DNA from: an uncultured Actinomycetota bacterium
GTDB lineage: Bacteria > Actinomycetota > Actinomycetes > Propionibacteriales > Nocardioidaceae
Direction: 5' to 3'
Length of the DNA: 64,000 bases
Assembly: GCA_963848025.1 (NCBI GenBank)
Contig: CAWKBY010000005.1
Location: forward strand, 154,154-218,153
The translations under genes were made by a program, and so were the position numbers. The notes below the pieces were generated by a model. That model worked only from the letters and a program-made list of their open reading frames with translations. It had not been told where the DNA came from and did not search any database. How positions within the stretch are numbered: position 1 is the first letter of the stretch; every line of letters starts with the position of its first letter. This document shows positions 25,814 to 35,730 of this stretch, one piece after another.

Positions 25814-26728
25814 TCAGTCGCAGGACTCCAGCGTGGCGTCGTCGCGCGCCCGGTCGCCCAGCCGCCTGGCCATGCCGGTGTCGGGGAAGACGACGCTGGC
25901 GGGGCCCACCGACCCGATGCCGCCCTGGACGACGCAGTGGGTGATCCGGCCGGGCTTCACCGCCGCCGCAGCCACCGCGAGCCGGAACAGCTCGCCCGGT
26001 GGGAGGTCGGTCGCCAGGTGCCGCGTCACCGACATCACCCCTGCCTCGAGGAAGCCCGGGCGGTCGGCGTTCGCGCCGATCTCCCGCGCGATCCCGATCA
26101 TGGTGAGCTGCTGATGGGCCGAGCGCCCGAAGTCGCCGTTGGGAAGCGTCTTGCGGATCCGCGAGAACGCCATCGCGTTGTAGCCGTTGAGCCGCACCTT
26201 GCCGGCGGGGAACCCGGCCGGCTTGAGGTTGTAGTCGCTGAACGCGGAAGGGTTGTCGACGGTGATCCCGCCGATGTCGTCGACCAGCTGCTCGAAGAAC
26301 GGGAAGCGGGTGACGAAGACGTAGTCGGGCTGGATGCCGACCAGGTTGCCGACGGTCTGCCCCATCAGCGCCGGCCCGCCGTAGTAGAGGCCCTCGTTGA
26401 CCCGGTGGGAGCCGTAGCCCGGGATGTCGACCCACGAGTCGCGAGGCACGCCGATCGCGGCGGCGGCGCCGGTGCGGGTGTCGACGCCGACCAGCTGGAT
26501 CGCGTCGCCGCGGGTGCGGGTCATGTCCTCGCCGGGACGGGCGTCGGAGCCGACCATCAGGATCCAGAGCACGTCGGGGTTGACGTCGACACCGGAGGCC
26601 TCGCGCACCTTCACCAGCGTCACCTGGGTGGGGGCCGGGCTGCTGTCGGGCAGCGCGACGGCCAGCAGGCCCAGCACGAGTGTGAGCGAGAGCAGGCGCA
26701 GCCCTCGTCTGAGCCGGAGCGCGCTCAC
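25814..26728 (-). CDS. LCP family protein (LytR-CpsA-Psr cell-wall glycopolymer transferase)
   Basis: 304 aa with a signal-anchor, then ILMVGSDARPGEDMTRTRGDAIQLVGVD...NGYNAMAFSRIRK, which is LCP-typical. The GTG start overlaps the upstream stop (GTGA). Confidence 0.85.
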   Translation of the reverse strand: MSALRLRRGLRLLSLTLVLGLLAVALPDSSPAPTQVTLVKVREASGVDVNPDVLWILMVGSDARPGEDMTRTRGDAIQLVGVDTRTGAAAAIGVPRDSWVDIPGYGSHRVNEGLYYGGPALMGQTVGNLVGIQPDYVFVTRFPFFEQLVDDIGGITVDNPSAFSDYNLKPAGFPAGKVRLNGYNAMAFSRIRKTLPNGDFGRSAHQQLTMIGIAREIGANADRPGFLEAGVMSVTRHLATDLPPGELFRLAVAAAAVKPGRITHCVVQGGIGSVGPASVVFPDTGMARRLGDRARDDATLESCD

Positions 26729-27378
26729 CCCGACGCCTCCGTCGTGCTCCCGGCAGCGGGGACGTCAGCCTTGGTGACGTCGTAGCCGAACACCCGCCAC
26801 ACGCGGTTCTGGCGCACCAGCCGCAACCGACCGGCGACCGTCACCCGACGCTCCACCCCGCCCTGGGTGACGAACACCAGGCGCACCCTCGCGGTCGCGG
26901 CCTGGGCGACGCCGCGGACCCCCAGCAGGTCGATGGTGAGTCGCCGGATCTTCGGGACGACGCCCTCGATCCGCTGCCCGAGGTCGGCGTTCGTCATCAG
27001 CAGCACGTCGCGGCCGGCCTCGTCAGCGGCCCCCTTGGTGAAGCGGGGGAACGCATCGGTGAAGCTCTCGCGCGGGTAGTCCCCGCCGACGTACGCCGCA
27101 TCGAACCAGCCGTCGACGGCGCGGGTGACGTTGCTCACAGCACGCTCCTGCTCCCGTTGCCCGACCCGCCCGGTGACGACCCCCACCTTCACGGTCGTCG
27201 GGAGCGGTGGTGCGGCCGGCGCCGAGCTGGTGGCCGCGGGTCCCGACGGCTCCGATTCGTCAGTGCTGGAGCAGGCGCCGAGGCCCAGAGCCAGAGCCAG
27301 AGCCAGGGTCGCCACCGAAGCCGTCGTCGGCCCCGGGCACGGCCCGGCGAGGCGCCCGTGGCGCGCACTCGTCGTCAT
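26725..27378 (-). CDS. Putative lipoprotein, unknown function
   Basis: 217 aa with lipobox LGLGAC after a signal peptide and a Ser/Pro/Ala-rich linker. It is translationally coupled to the LCP gene. Confidence 0.65.
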   Translation of the reverse strand: MTTSARHGRLAGPCPGPTTASVATLALALALGLGACSSTDESEPSGPAATSSAPAAPPLPTTVKVGVVTGRVGQREQERAVSNVTRAVDGWFDAAYVGGDYPRESFTDAFPRFTKGAADEAGRDVLLMTNADLGQRIEGVVPKIRRLTIDLLGVRGVAQAATARVRLVFVTQGGVERRVTVAGRLRLVRQNRVWRVFGYDVTKADVPAAGSTTEASG

Positions 27379-27515
27379 CGCGTCGTACTCCGTTTCTCGT
27401 GCTGGTCGCTACACCTTGCCCGATCACCGGATCCGGCCCTGCATTTGGCGCGCGGTGCGACTAGCCTTGACCACCGAATCTAGTCCCCGCCACATCGGAA
27501 GAGGCGAAGCAGGTC

Positions 27516-30500
27516 GTGCCGTCAGCAGAGCAGCCCGAATCACCCGCGGCCGAGCTTCCGGCCGAGTTCGGCGCCAACGAGTGGCTGGTCGAGGAGATGT
27601 ACGACCAGTACGCCGCCGACCCGTCCAGCGTCCCGGTCGAGTGGGGTGAGTGGTTCCGCTCCCACGGTGCCCCCGGTCAGGCCGCCAACGGCACCGGGCA
27701 GACCACCTCCCCGACGCCCACGGCGGAGGCGAGGACGGCACCCCAGAAGCCGCCCGCGACGGCCACACACACCCGGGCCGCCGCAACCTCCACCGCGCAG
27801 AAGCCCGCGCCCGAGAAGCCCGCCGAGGAGCCGGCCCCCGACAGGCCGGCGACGGGCAGCAAGGCCACGGCGCGGCCGCGGCCGGCGACCACGGCAGCGG
27901 AGCCGGCCAGCGGCACCTCCTCCCCCGTCGCGAAGGACCCCACGCCCGCGTCGCCGGCCGCGGCCAGCGACGAGCCGACGTACACCGTGATGCGCGGCGC
28001 CCCGGCCCGCACGGCGCAGAACATGGACGTGTCGCTGTCCGTGCCGACGGCCACGTCGGTGCGGTCGGTGCCGGTCAAGCTGCTGTGGGACAACCGGACG
28101 GTCATCAACAACCACCTTGCCCGCGCCCGCGGCGGCAAGGTGTCGTTCACCCACGTCATCGGCTACGCCCTGATCAAGGCGTTGCGCGCGATGCCGGAGA
28201 TGAACGTCGGCTTCGACGTCGTCGACGGCAAGCCGAACCTGATCCGGCCGGCCCACATCAACCTGGGCCTGGCCATCGACCTGCCGAAGCCCGACGGCAC
28301 CCGGCAGCTGCTGGTGCCGTCGATCAAGGCCGCCGAGTCGATGGACTTCGCCGCCTTCTGGACGGCCTACGAGACGCTGGTGCGCAAGGCTCGTGACGGC
28401 AAGCTCACCGTCGAGGACTTCCAGGGCACCACGATCTCGCTGACCAACCCCGGCACCATCGGCACCAACCACTCCGTGCCGCGGCTGATGAAGGGCCAGG
28501 GCGCCATCATCGGCGTGGGCGCGATGGAGTACCCACCGGAGTGGCAGGGGGCGTCCGAGGACAGCCTGACCCGCAACGCGATCAGCCGGGTGATGACGCT
28601 GACGTCGACCTACGACCACCGCGTGATCCAGGGTGCCCAGAGCGGGGAGTTCCTGCGCCGGGTCCACCTCCTGCTGCTCGGCGAGGAGGGGTTCTACGAC
28701 GAGATCTTCCGCTCGCTGCGCATCCCCTACGAGCCGATCCGCTGGTCCCACGACATCGCCACCTCGCACGACGACGAGATCGGCAAGCAGGCGCGCATCC
28801 TCGAGCTCATCCACGCCTACCGCGTGCGAGGCCACATGATGGCCGACACCGACCCCCTGGAGTACCGCCAGCGCTCGCACCCGGACCTGGAGGTCGAGTC
28901 CCACGGGCTCACCCTCTGGGACCTCGACCGCGAGTTCGCGACCGGCGAGTTCGGCGGCGAACGGCGCTTCATGAAGATGCGCAACATCCTCGGCATCCTG
29001 CGCGACTCCTACTGCCGCACCGTCGGCATCGAGTACATGCACATCATGGATCCCGACCAGCGCAAGTGGATCCAGGAGCGCGTCGAGCAGCCGCACCAGA
29101 AGCCACCGCGCGAGGAGCAGCTGCGGATCCTGCTCAAGCTCAACCAGGCCGAGGCGTTCGAGACCTTCCTGCAGACCAAGTTCGTCGGCCAGAAGCGGTT
29201 CTCGCTCGAGGGCGGCGAGACCACCGTCCCGCTCATCGACGAGATCTGCGAGGCGGCGGCAGAGGCGACGCTCGACGAGGTCACCATCGGCATGGCCCAC
29301 CGCGGCCGCCTCAACGTGCTGGCCAACATCGTCGGCAAGAAGTACTCCCAGATCTTCCGTGAGTTCGAGGGCAACATCGACCCGCGGACGGTGCAGGGCT
29401 CGGGCGATGTGAAGTACCACCTCGGTGCCGAGGGCGAGTTCTCCGCCGGGTCGGGCTCCCAGATCAAGGTGTCGGTGGCGGCCAACCCGTCGCACCTCGA
29501 GGCCGTCGACCCGGTGCTCGAGGGCATCGCGCGCGCCAAGCAGGACGTGCTCGACCGCGGAGCCGAGTACCCCGTGCTCCCCCTGCTGATCCACGGCGAC
29601 GCCGCCTTCGCCGGTCAGGGCGTGGTGGCCGAGACGCTCAACCTCTCGCAGCTGCGCGGCTACCGCACCGGCGGCACCATCCACCTGGTCGTCAACAACC
29701 AGGTCGGCTTCACCACCTCGCCCGGCTCGTCCCGCTCCTCGCTCTACTGCACCGACGTCGCGCGAATGGTCCAGGCGCCGATCTTCCACGTCAACGGAGA
29801 CGACCCGGAGGCCTGCATCCGAGTGGCCCGGCTGGCCTTCGAGTACCGCCAGGCCTTCAACAAGGACGTCGTCATCGACCTCGTCTGCTACCGCCGGCGC
29901 GGACACAACGAGGGTGACGACCCGTCGTACACCCAGCCGTTGATGTACGACCTGATCGAGCAGAAGCGCTCGGTGCGCAAGCTCTACACCGAGTCGCTGA
30001 TCGGCCGTGGCGACATCACCATGGAAGAGGCCGAGCAGGTCCTCAAGGACTACCAGCAGCAGCTCGAGCGGGTGTTCACCGAGGTGCGCGAGGCCGACTC
30101 GCAGCCGTCGGACTGGACGACGGTCCCCGACTACCCCAACAAGCCGGCCGGCGAGGCCCGCACCGCCGTCACCCCGGAGGTCCTCAAGCGCATCGCCGAC
30201 TCCTACGTCACTCCGCCCGACGGCTTCACCGTGCACCCGAAGGTGATGCCGCAGCTGCAGCGTCGTGCCGCCGCCATCGTCGACGGCCCGATCGACTGGG
30301 GCACCGGTGAGATCCTGGCGTTCGGCTCGCTGCTGATGGAGGGCCGCCCGGTCCGCCTGGCCGGCCAGGACTCGCGTCGTGGCACGTTCGTCCAGCGCTT
30401 CGCCACGATCATCGACCGCACCAACGCCGACGAGTGGACCCCGCTGTCCAACCTGTCCGACGACCAGGCGAAGTTCTTCGTCTACGACTCGCTGCTCTCG

Positions 30501-31322
30501 GAGTACGCCGCCCTCGGCTTCGAGTACGGCTACTCCGTCGCGCGGCCCGAGGCACTGGTGCTGTGGGAGGCGCAGTTCGGCGACTTCGTCAACGGCGCCC
30601 AGACCGTGATCGACGAGTTCATCACCTCCAGCGAGCCCAAGTGGCGCCAGCAGTCCGGCGTGGTGCTGCTGCTCCCCCACGGCTACGAGGGGCAGGGCCC
30701 CGACCACTCCTCGGCCCGGATCGAGCGGTTCATGACGATGTGCGCGGAGGACGCATTCGTGGTGGCGCAACCCTCGACCCCCGCGTCGTACTTCCATCTG
30801 CTGCGGCGCCACTCGCTGGGCGAGGAGCACCAGCCGCTCATCGTGTTCACTCCGAAGTCCATGCTGAAGCGCAAGGACGCCGCCTCGCAGCCACCCGACT
30901 TCACCGAGGGCACCTTCCGGCCGCTCATCACCGACGACGACGCCGACCCCGACGCCGTCGAGGCGCTGCTGATGTGCTCGGGCCGGATCACCTGGGACGT
31001 GATGGCCGAGCGCGCCAAGCAGGAGCACCCCGAGAGGTGGGCGGTGGCGCGGGTCGAGCAGCTCTACCCCACCCCGGGTGAGGAGATCGCCGCCGAGATC
31101 GCGAGGTTCCCGAACCTCAAGGCGGTCCGCTGGGTGCAGGACGAGCCGGCCAACATGGGGCCGTGGCCGCACTACCAGCTCAACGTGTGGCCGCACGTCG
31201 GCCATGACGTGCAGCGGGTCAGCCGGCCCGCCTCGGCCTCGCCGTCGGTCGGCACGCTCAAGCGCCACAGCGAGGAGCAGGCCGCGCTGCTGAGCGAGGC
31301 GTTCGCTCCCCCGCAGGGCTGA
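27516..31322 (+). CDS. kgd: Multifunctional 2-oxoglutarate decarboxylase/dehydrogenase E1 with N-terminal acyltransferase-like domain (Kgd/OdhA type)
   Basis: 1268 aa. The N-terminus FGANEWLVEEMYDQYAADPSSV is followed by an Ala/Pro/Thr linker, an E2-like catalytic segment (TSTYDHRVIQGAQSGEFLRR) and a TPP-dependent E1o core (GMAHRGRLNVLANIVGK...). Confidence 0.95.
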   Translation: MPSAEQPESPAAELPAEFGANEWLVEEMYDQYAADPSSVPVEWGEWFRSHGAPGQAANGTGQTTSPTPTAEARTAPQKPPATATHTRAAATSTAQKPAPEKPAEEPAPDRPATGSKATARPRPATTAAEPASGTSSPVAKDPTPASPAAASDEPTYTVMRGAPARTAQNMDVSLSVPTATSVRSVPVKLLWDNRTVINNHLARARGGKVSFTHVIGYALIKALRAMPEMNVGFDVVDGKPNLIRPAHINLGLAIDLPKPDGTRQLLVPSIKAAESMDFAAFWTAYETLVRKARDGKLTVEDFQGTTISLTNPGTIGTNHSVPRLMKGQGAIIGVGAMEYPPEWQGASEDSLTRNAISRVMTLTSTYDHRVIQGAQSGEFLRRVHLLLLGEEGFYDEIFRSLRIPYEPIRWSHDIATSHDDEIGKQARILELIHAYRVRGHMMADTDPLEYRQRSHPDLEVESHGLTLWDLDREFATGEFGGERRFMKMRNILGILRDSYCRTVGIEYMHIMDPDQRKWIQERVEQPHQKPPREEQLRILLKLNQAEAFETFLQTKFVGQKRFSLEGGETTVPLIDEICEAAAEATLDEVTIGMAHRGRLNVLANIVGKKYSQIFREFEGNIDPRTVQGSGDVKYHLGAEGEFSAGSGSQIKVSVAANPSHLEAVDPVLEGIARAKQDVLDRGAEYPVLPLLIHGDAAFAGQGVVAETLNLSQLRGYRTGGTIHLVVNNQVGFTTSPGSSRSSLYCTDVARMVQAPIFHVNGDDPEACIRVARLAFEYRQAFNKDVVIDLVCYRRRGHNEGDDPSYTQPLMYDLIEQKRSVRKLYTESLIGRGDITMEEAEQVLKDYQQQLERVFTEVREADSQPSDWTTVPDYPNKPAGEARTAVTPEVLKRIADSYVTPPDGFTVHPKVMPQLQRRAAAIVDGPIDWGTGEILAFGSLLMEGRPVRLAGQDSRRGTFVQRFATIIDRTNADEWTPLSNLSDDQAKFFVYDSLLSEYAALGFEYGYSVARPEALVLWEAQFGDFVNGAQTVIDEFITSSEPKWRQQSGVVLLLPHGYEGQGPDHSSARIERFMTMCAEDAFVVAQPSTPASYFHLLRRHSLGEEHQPLIVFTPKSMLKRKDAASQPPDFTEGTFRPLITDDDADPDAVEALLMCSGRITWDVMAERAKQEHPERWAVARVEQLYPTPGEEIAAEIARFPNLKAVRWVQDEPANMGPWPHYQLNVWPHVGHDVQRVSRPASASPSVGTLKRHSEEQAALLSEAFAPPQG

Positions 31323-31327
31323 GAACC

Positions 31328-31504
31328 GTGTACTTCACCGACCGCGGCATCGAGGAGCTCGAGCGTCGGCGGGGCGAGGAGGAGGTCACCCTGGCATGGG
31401 TGGCCGAACGGCTGCAGGAGTTCACCGACGTGCACCCCGAGCTCGAGACCGCCGTCGAGCGCTTCGCCACGTGGCTGGCGCGGCTGGACGACCCGGAGGA
31501 CTGA
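31328..31504 (+). CDS. Small conserved protein (DUF6104-like, 58 aa)
   Basis: A GTG-initiated ORF below the track's size cutoff: VYFTDRGIEELERRRGEEEVTLAWVAERLQEFTDVHPELETAVERFATWLARLDDPED. It begins 5 nt after the kgd stop and resembles small actinobacterial proteins as I recall them. Confidence 0.55.
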   Translation: MYFTDRGIEELERRRGEEEVTLAWVAERLQEFTDVHPELETAVERFATWLARLDDPED

Positions 31505-31532
31505 GGCTCCGGGCCGGCACGTCGGGGCTTCG

Positions 31533-32222
31533 TCAGCCCCGCCCGGGACGGAGCACCATCTCGGGGATGGTGGAGTCCTCGGGCAGGTCGAGGATCTGCA
31601 GGATCGCATCGGCAACGCTGCCGGGGGCGATCCACCGCGCGGCGTCGTATGCCCGGCCCTCCTGCTCGTGCACCTGCTCCTGCATCGGGGTGGCGGTCCG
31701 GCCCGGGAACACCGTGCTGACCCGGACGCCGTGGAGGTGCTCCTCGGCGCGCAGGGAGTCGGCCAGCGCCCGGACGCCGGCCTTCGAGGCGGCGTACGCC
31801 GACCAGCGGGGGCCCGGCGTCAGCGCCGCTGTGGAGCTCACCAGCACCACGGACCCACGGCCGGCGCGCAGCGCGGGCAGCAGCGCGCGGGTGACCAGCG
31901 CGGGGGAGACCAGGTTGACGTCGATCTGGCGACGCCAGGAACCGGCGTCCAGCTCGGCGACCGCGCCCAGCTCGACGAGCCCGGCGACGTGCACCAGCGA
32001 GTCGACCCGGTCGGGCACGGCCTGCGCCAGGCCGGTGAGCGACTCCGGTCGCGCGAGGTCGGCCTCGACCATCAGCGCGTCGGGGAAGGCGGCCCGGAGC
32101 TCGTCGATGCGGGCGGCGTCGCGGAGCAGAAGAACCAACCGGTCGCCGCGGTCGCGCAGCCGTTCGGCGACGACCCGGCCGATCCCCGACCCCGCCCCCG
32201 TGACGACGTGGAGCCGGGTCAT
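31533..32222 (-). CDS. SDR family oxidoreductase
   Basis: 229 aa with TGAGSGIG Rossmann motif and YAASKAG catalytic motif. Confidence 0.88.
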   Translation of the reverse strand: MTRLHVVTGAGSGIGRVVAERLRDRGDRLVLLLRDAARIDELRAAFPDALMVEADLARPESLTGLAQAVPDRVDSLVHVAGLVELGAVAELDAGSWRRQIDVNLVSPALVTRALLPALRAGRGSVVLVSSTAALTPGPRWSAYAASKAGVRALADSLRAEEHLHGVRVSTVFPGRTATPMQEQVHEQEGRAYDAARWIAPGSVADAILQILDLPEDSTIPEMVLRPGRG

Positions 32223-33187
32223 CGAGTGAAGACGACCTTGCCGAACAGGTCGCCGGCCGCCATCGCCGCGAAGCCCTCGCGGGCCCGGTCCATCGGCAGC
32301 GTGCGGTCGATGAGGGGCTTGGTGCCGGTCGCGTCGAGGAAGGCCACCAGCTGCGCCAGCTCGCCGCGAGTCCCCATCGTCGAGCCGATCACGGCAAGCT
32401 GGAGGAAGAAGATCCGGGTCAGCTCGGCGTTGTCGACGTCGGGCCCGGAGGTGGTGCCGGAGATGACGATCCGGCCGCCGGGCCGCAGGCTCTTGACGGA
32501 GTGGGACCAGGTGGCGCGGCCGACGCTCTCCATCACCGCGTCGACGCGCACGGGCAGCCGGGCGCCGGTCTCGAAGGCCTCGTGAGCGCCGATCGTGAGC
32601 GCGCGAGCGCGCTTCTCCTCGTCGCGGGAGGTGGCGAAGACCCGGAGCCCGCCCGCGCGCGCGAGCGTGATCAGCGCGGTCGAGAGACCACCGCCCGCCC
32701 CCTGGACCAGCACCGTCTCGCCGGGCTTGAGGTCACCCTGGACGAAGAGCATGCGGTAGGCGGTGAGCCAGGCGGTCGGCAGGCAGGCAGCCTCCTCGAA
32801 GGACAGCGACGCCGGCTTCCCGATGACGTTGCCCACCGGCACGGCCACCTTGTCGGCGAAGGTGCCCTGGTAGCGCTCGGAGAGCAGCGAGCGGCCCGGG
32901 TCGAGCGTCTCGTCACCACTCCATCCGGGCGAGCTCACGACCCCGTGCACCAGCACCTCGTTGCCGTCCTCGTCGACACCTGCGGCGTCGCAGCCGAGGA
33001 TCATCGGCAGCGCCTCCTGCCGCAGGCCCACGCCGCGCAGCGACCAGAGGTCGTGGTGGTTGAGCGAGGCGGCCTTGATGGTGACCGTGGTCCAGCCGTC
33101 GGGGACGTCGGGCTCGGGGCGCTCGCCCACCACCAGTCCGGACAGCGGGTCGTCGGCCGAGAACGAGTCGGCGTACACAGCGAACAT
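32219..33187 (-). CDS. Zinc-binding alcohol dehydrogenase / quinone oxidoreductase (MDR) family protein
   Basis: MDR fold with VLVQGAGGGLSTALITLA nucleotide-binding motif. Its stop overlaps the SDR start (ATGA). The start could be ATG 33187 or GTG 33196. Confidence 0.85.
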   Translation of the reverse strand: MFAVYADSFSADDPLSGLVVGERPEPDVPDGWTTVTIKAASLNHHDLWSLRGVGLRQEALPMILGCDAAGVDEDGNEVLVHGVVSSPGWSGDETLDPGRSLLSERYQGTFADKVAVPVGNVIGKPASLSFEEAACLPTAWLTAYRMLFVQGDLKPGETVLVQGAGGGLSTALITLARAGGLRVFATSRDEEKRARALTIGAHEAFETGARLPVRVDAVMESVGRATWSHSVKSLRPGGRIVISGTTSGPDVDNAELTRIFFLQLAVIGSTMGTRGELAQLVAFLDATGTKPLIDRTLPMDRAREGFAAMAAGDLFGKVVFTR

Positions 33188-33353
33188 GCGCCCCACGGTA
33201 GCGAGCCGGACGTGGCGTCGGCCCGGGGGGCAGTCGGGCCTGCGTCAGACGAACCGCGCGTGCGAGCAGCCGCACCGCATGACGTCCCCCGCCGACATGC
33301 CCTCGCGCTGGTTCGGCACGAGCGTGCCACGGGCGCGGGCGGAGGAGGGCGGC

Positions 33354-34568
33354 TCAGCGGGACGCGACGCCGTCGCGGCGGGCGGCCTCGGCGACCGCGG
33401 CGCACACGGCCGGGCCGACGCGCGGGTCGAACGGGGAGGGGACGATCAGGTCCTCCGCCAGGTCGTCGCCGACCAGCGCAGCCAGCGCCGAGGCGGCAGC
33501 CAGCTTCATGCCCTCGGTGATCGCGGTGGCACCGACGTCGAAGGCGCCGCGGAAGATGCCGGGGAAGGCGAGCACGTTGTTGATCTGGTTGGGGAAGTCG
33601 GACCGGCCGGTCGCGACCACCCGGGCGTAGCGGTGGGCAACGTCGGGGTGCACCTCGGGATGCGGGTTGGCGAGCCCGAAGATGATCGCCTCGGGCGCCA
33701 TCGACGCCACCACCTCCTCGGGCACCGTGCCGCCCGAGACGCCGAGGTAGACGTCGGCTCCTGTCATCACGTCGGCCAGCGAACCGCGCCGGTCGTGGCG
33801 GTCGGCGGTGTCCTGCGCGAGCGCGCGCTTGACGGGGGTGAGGTCGCTGCGGCTGGAGTGCAGCACGCCCTGCCGGTCGAGGACCGCGAGGTCGGTGACC
33901 CCGGCCTCCAGGAGGATCCGGGCCACGGCGACTCCGGCCGCACCGGCGCCCTGGATCACCACCCGCGTCGTCGCGGGGTCGCGGCCGGTGAGCCGGAGCG
34001 CGTTCTGCAGCGCCGCCAGCGCCACGACGGCGGTGCCGTGCTGGTCGTCGTGGAAGACGGGGATGTCGAGGCGCTCCTTGAGCCGGCTCTCGATCTCGAA
34101 GCAGCGGGGGGCGGAGATGTCCTCGAGGTTGATCCCGCCGAAGCTCGGGGCGAGCCGGACGACGGTCTCGATGATCTCCTCGACATCGGTGGTCGCCAAA
34201 CAGATCGGCACCGCGTCGACGCCCCCGAACTGCTTGAAGAGCACCGCCTTGCCCTCCATCACCGGCATCGCGGCAGCCGGACCGATGTCGCCCAGCCCGA
34301 GCACCGCGGTGCCGTCGGTGACGATGGCGACCGTGTTGGGGACCCAGGTGTAGTGGCGGGTCATCGTCGGGTCGTCGGCGATCGCCTCGCAGACGCGCGC
34401 CACGCCGGGTGTGTAGGCCTTCGACAGGTCGTCGCGGCCGGTGAGCGCCACCGTCGAGACCGTCTCGAGCTTGCCCCCCAGGTGGAGGTCGAAGACAGGG
34501 TCACCGGCGAACGGATGCGCCTCGTCGGGTCGCGGCCCGAGCGCGTGGGCGGTGGAGTCGGCAGTCAT
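33354..34568 (-). CDS. NAD(P)-dependent malic enzyme
   Basis: 404 aa with LSKAYTPGVARVCEAI, VTDGTAVLGLGDIG and VIQGAGAAGVA motifs of small-type malic enzymes. Confidence 0.9.
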   Translation of the reverse strand: MTADSTAHALGPRPDEAHPFAGDPVFDLHLGGKLETVSTVALTGRDDLSKAYTPGVARVCEAIADDPTMTRHYTWVPNTVAIVTDGTAVLGLGDIGPAAAMPVMEGKAVLFKQFGGVDAVPICLATTDVEEIIETVVRLAPSFGGINLEDISAPRCFEIESRLKERLDIPVFHDDQHGTAVVALAALQNALRLTGRDPATTRVVIQGAGAAGVAVARILLEAGVTDLAVLDRQGVLHSSRSDLTPVKRALAQDTADRHDRRGSLADVMTGADVYLGVSGGTVPEEVVASMAPEAIIFGLANPHPEVHPDVAHRYARVVATGRSDFPNQINNVLAFPGIFRGAFDVGATAITEGMKLAAASALAALVGDDLAEDLIVPSPFDPRVGPAVCAAVAEAARRDGVASR

Positions 34569-34704
34569 CAGGGGTACGTCGAACCTTCCGGTCCGCGGGC
34601 CGGTCGCGGCCCGCCGGTCAGGCCCGCCAGTCTTCCACAGCGCCGACCTGCTGCCGGGGACGCCCCGCGCAGCGTCCGAGAGGCGTCATCGCAGCCCCAG
34701 ACGC

Positions 34705-35091
34705 TCATCTCCGAGGCAGCAGCCGCGGACGCGGCCACAGCCGCACCCTGCTGACCGCGACCACGTCGGAGTCGCGCACCGGGCCGCGGTGTCGGGAGTC
34801 CACACCGGCCTCGGGGTCGTCGCTGAGAAGCCACCAGCCGGGGTCCCCCGAGGCCGTGCTCCGTCGCTCGGCGACCCGCTTGACCACGACGGCACCGTCG
34901 GCGAAGCGGGCCACGACGACGTCACCCGCGCGGGGCCGGGCGGCGTACCGCACGAGCAGCCAGTCACCGGCCTGGAGGGCCGGGCGCATGGAGTCGCCGC
35001 GCACACGGGCGAGGCCCCACGGCAGCCACCCACCGGGGCCGGCCGAGGCTCGTCGAACCGCAGGTCGACCCCGGCGCATGCTTCCGCTCAC
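34705..35091 (-). CDS. sodX: Ni-SOD maturation protease (S24/S26 signal-peptidase-like)
   Basis: GDSMRPAL (catalytic Ser) and VVKRV (Lys) motifs. The gene is divergent from sodN with a ~62-bp spacer. Confidence 0.85.
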   Translation of the reverse strand: MSGSMRRGRPAVRRASAGPGGWLPWGLARVRGDSMRPALQAGDWLLVRYAARPRAGDVVVARFADGAVVVKRVAERRSTASGDPGWWLLSDDPEAGVDSRHRGPVRDSDVVAVSRVRLWPRPRLLPRR

Positions 35092-35153
35092 GCCGGGTAG
35101 TGTCGCAGCAGTGGCATCCGCCTCCTGACCGCAGACCGAGAGGACTCCTGCTC

Positions 35154-35549
35154 GTGCGACTGTTCGCCCCCACCATCGAGGTCTCCGCCCACTGCGACCT
35201 GCCCTGCGGTGTCTACGACCCCGCGCAGGCCCGCATCGAGGCCGAGAGCGTCAAGGCCATCATCGGCAAGGTCGCCGACAACGACGACCCCGACTTCCGC
35301 ACCCGCGCCCTGATCATCAAGGAGCAGCGGGCCGAGCTGGTCAAGCACCACCTGTGGGTGCTCTGGACCGACTACTTCAAGCCCCCGCACTTCGAGGCCC
35401 ACCCGCAGCTCCACACACTGTTCAACGAGGCGACGAAGCTCGCCGGCGCCGCCGGCGCCAAGGGCAGCCTGGACGCCGGCAAGGCCGACGAGCTGCTGGC
35501 CAAGATCGACGAGATCGCGGAGATCTTCTGGGAGACCAAGAAGGCGTGA
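35154..35549 (+). CDS. sodN: Nickel-containing superoxide dismutase precursor
   Basis: The Ni-hook HCDLPCGVYDPAQARIEAESV is preceded by a short propeptide (V)RLFAPTIEVSA. GTG 35154 has GAGAGGA about 10 nt upstream. The track start 35100 is probably too long. Confidence 0.92.
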   Translation: MRLFAPTIEVSAHCDLPCGVYDPAQARIEAESVKAIIGKVADNDDPDFRTRALIIKEQRAELVKHHLWVLWTDYFKPPHFEAHPQLHTLFNEATKLAGAAGAKGSLDAGKADELLAKIDEIAEIFWETKKA

Positions 35550-35730
35550 GCCACCCGGCGGGCCGCTGACCCGAAGGTTTGCTGGCTGGACGCCGCCTCA
35601 GTCCGCAACGAGTCCGAGAGCCGGCTGAGCGCGGCGTCGAGCACGCTCCGGGTGCAGCAGTACGCCGTCGACGTGCCGCAGGATCCGGACTCGCTCGCCT
35701 AGCCGGGTCCGGCGGCGCAGGTCGCAGCGC

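Noticed and set aside
27455-27500. TTGACC hexamer upstream of kgd as a sigma-70 -35 element
   Set aside because: No acceptable TANNNT -10 lies at 16-19 nt spacing. There is insufficient support to call a promoter.
27540-31268. 1242-aa minus-strand ORF covering almost all of kgd
   Set aside because: It is antisense to an unambiguous Kgd/OdhA gene. Its composition is dominated by Arg, Gly, Val, Leu and Asp with no recognisable domain. It is a GC-driven open frame.
31509-31546. Hairpin between the convergent DUF6104-like ORF and the SDR gene as a terminator
   Set aside because: Only a 6-bp inner stem (GGGGCT/AGCCCC) is solid, and it overlaps the SDR stop codon. The outer pairing needs a 9-nt bulge, and there is no U-tract.
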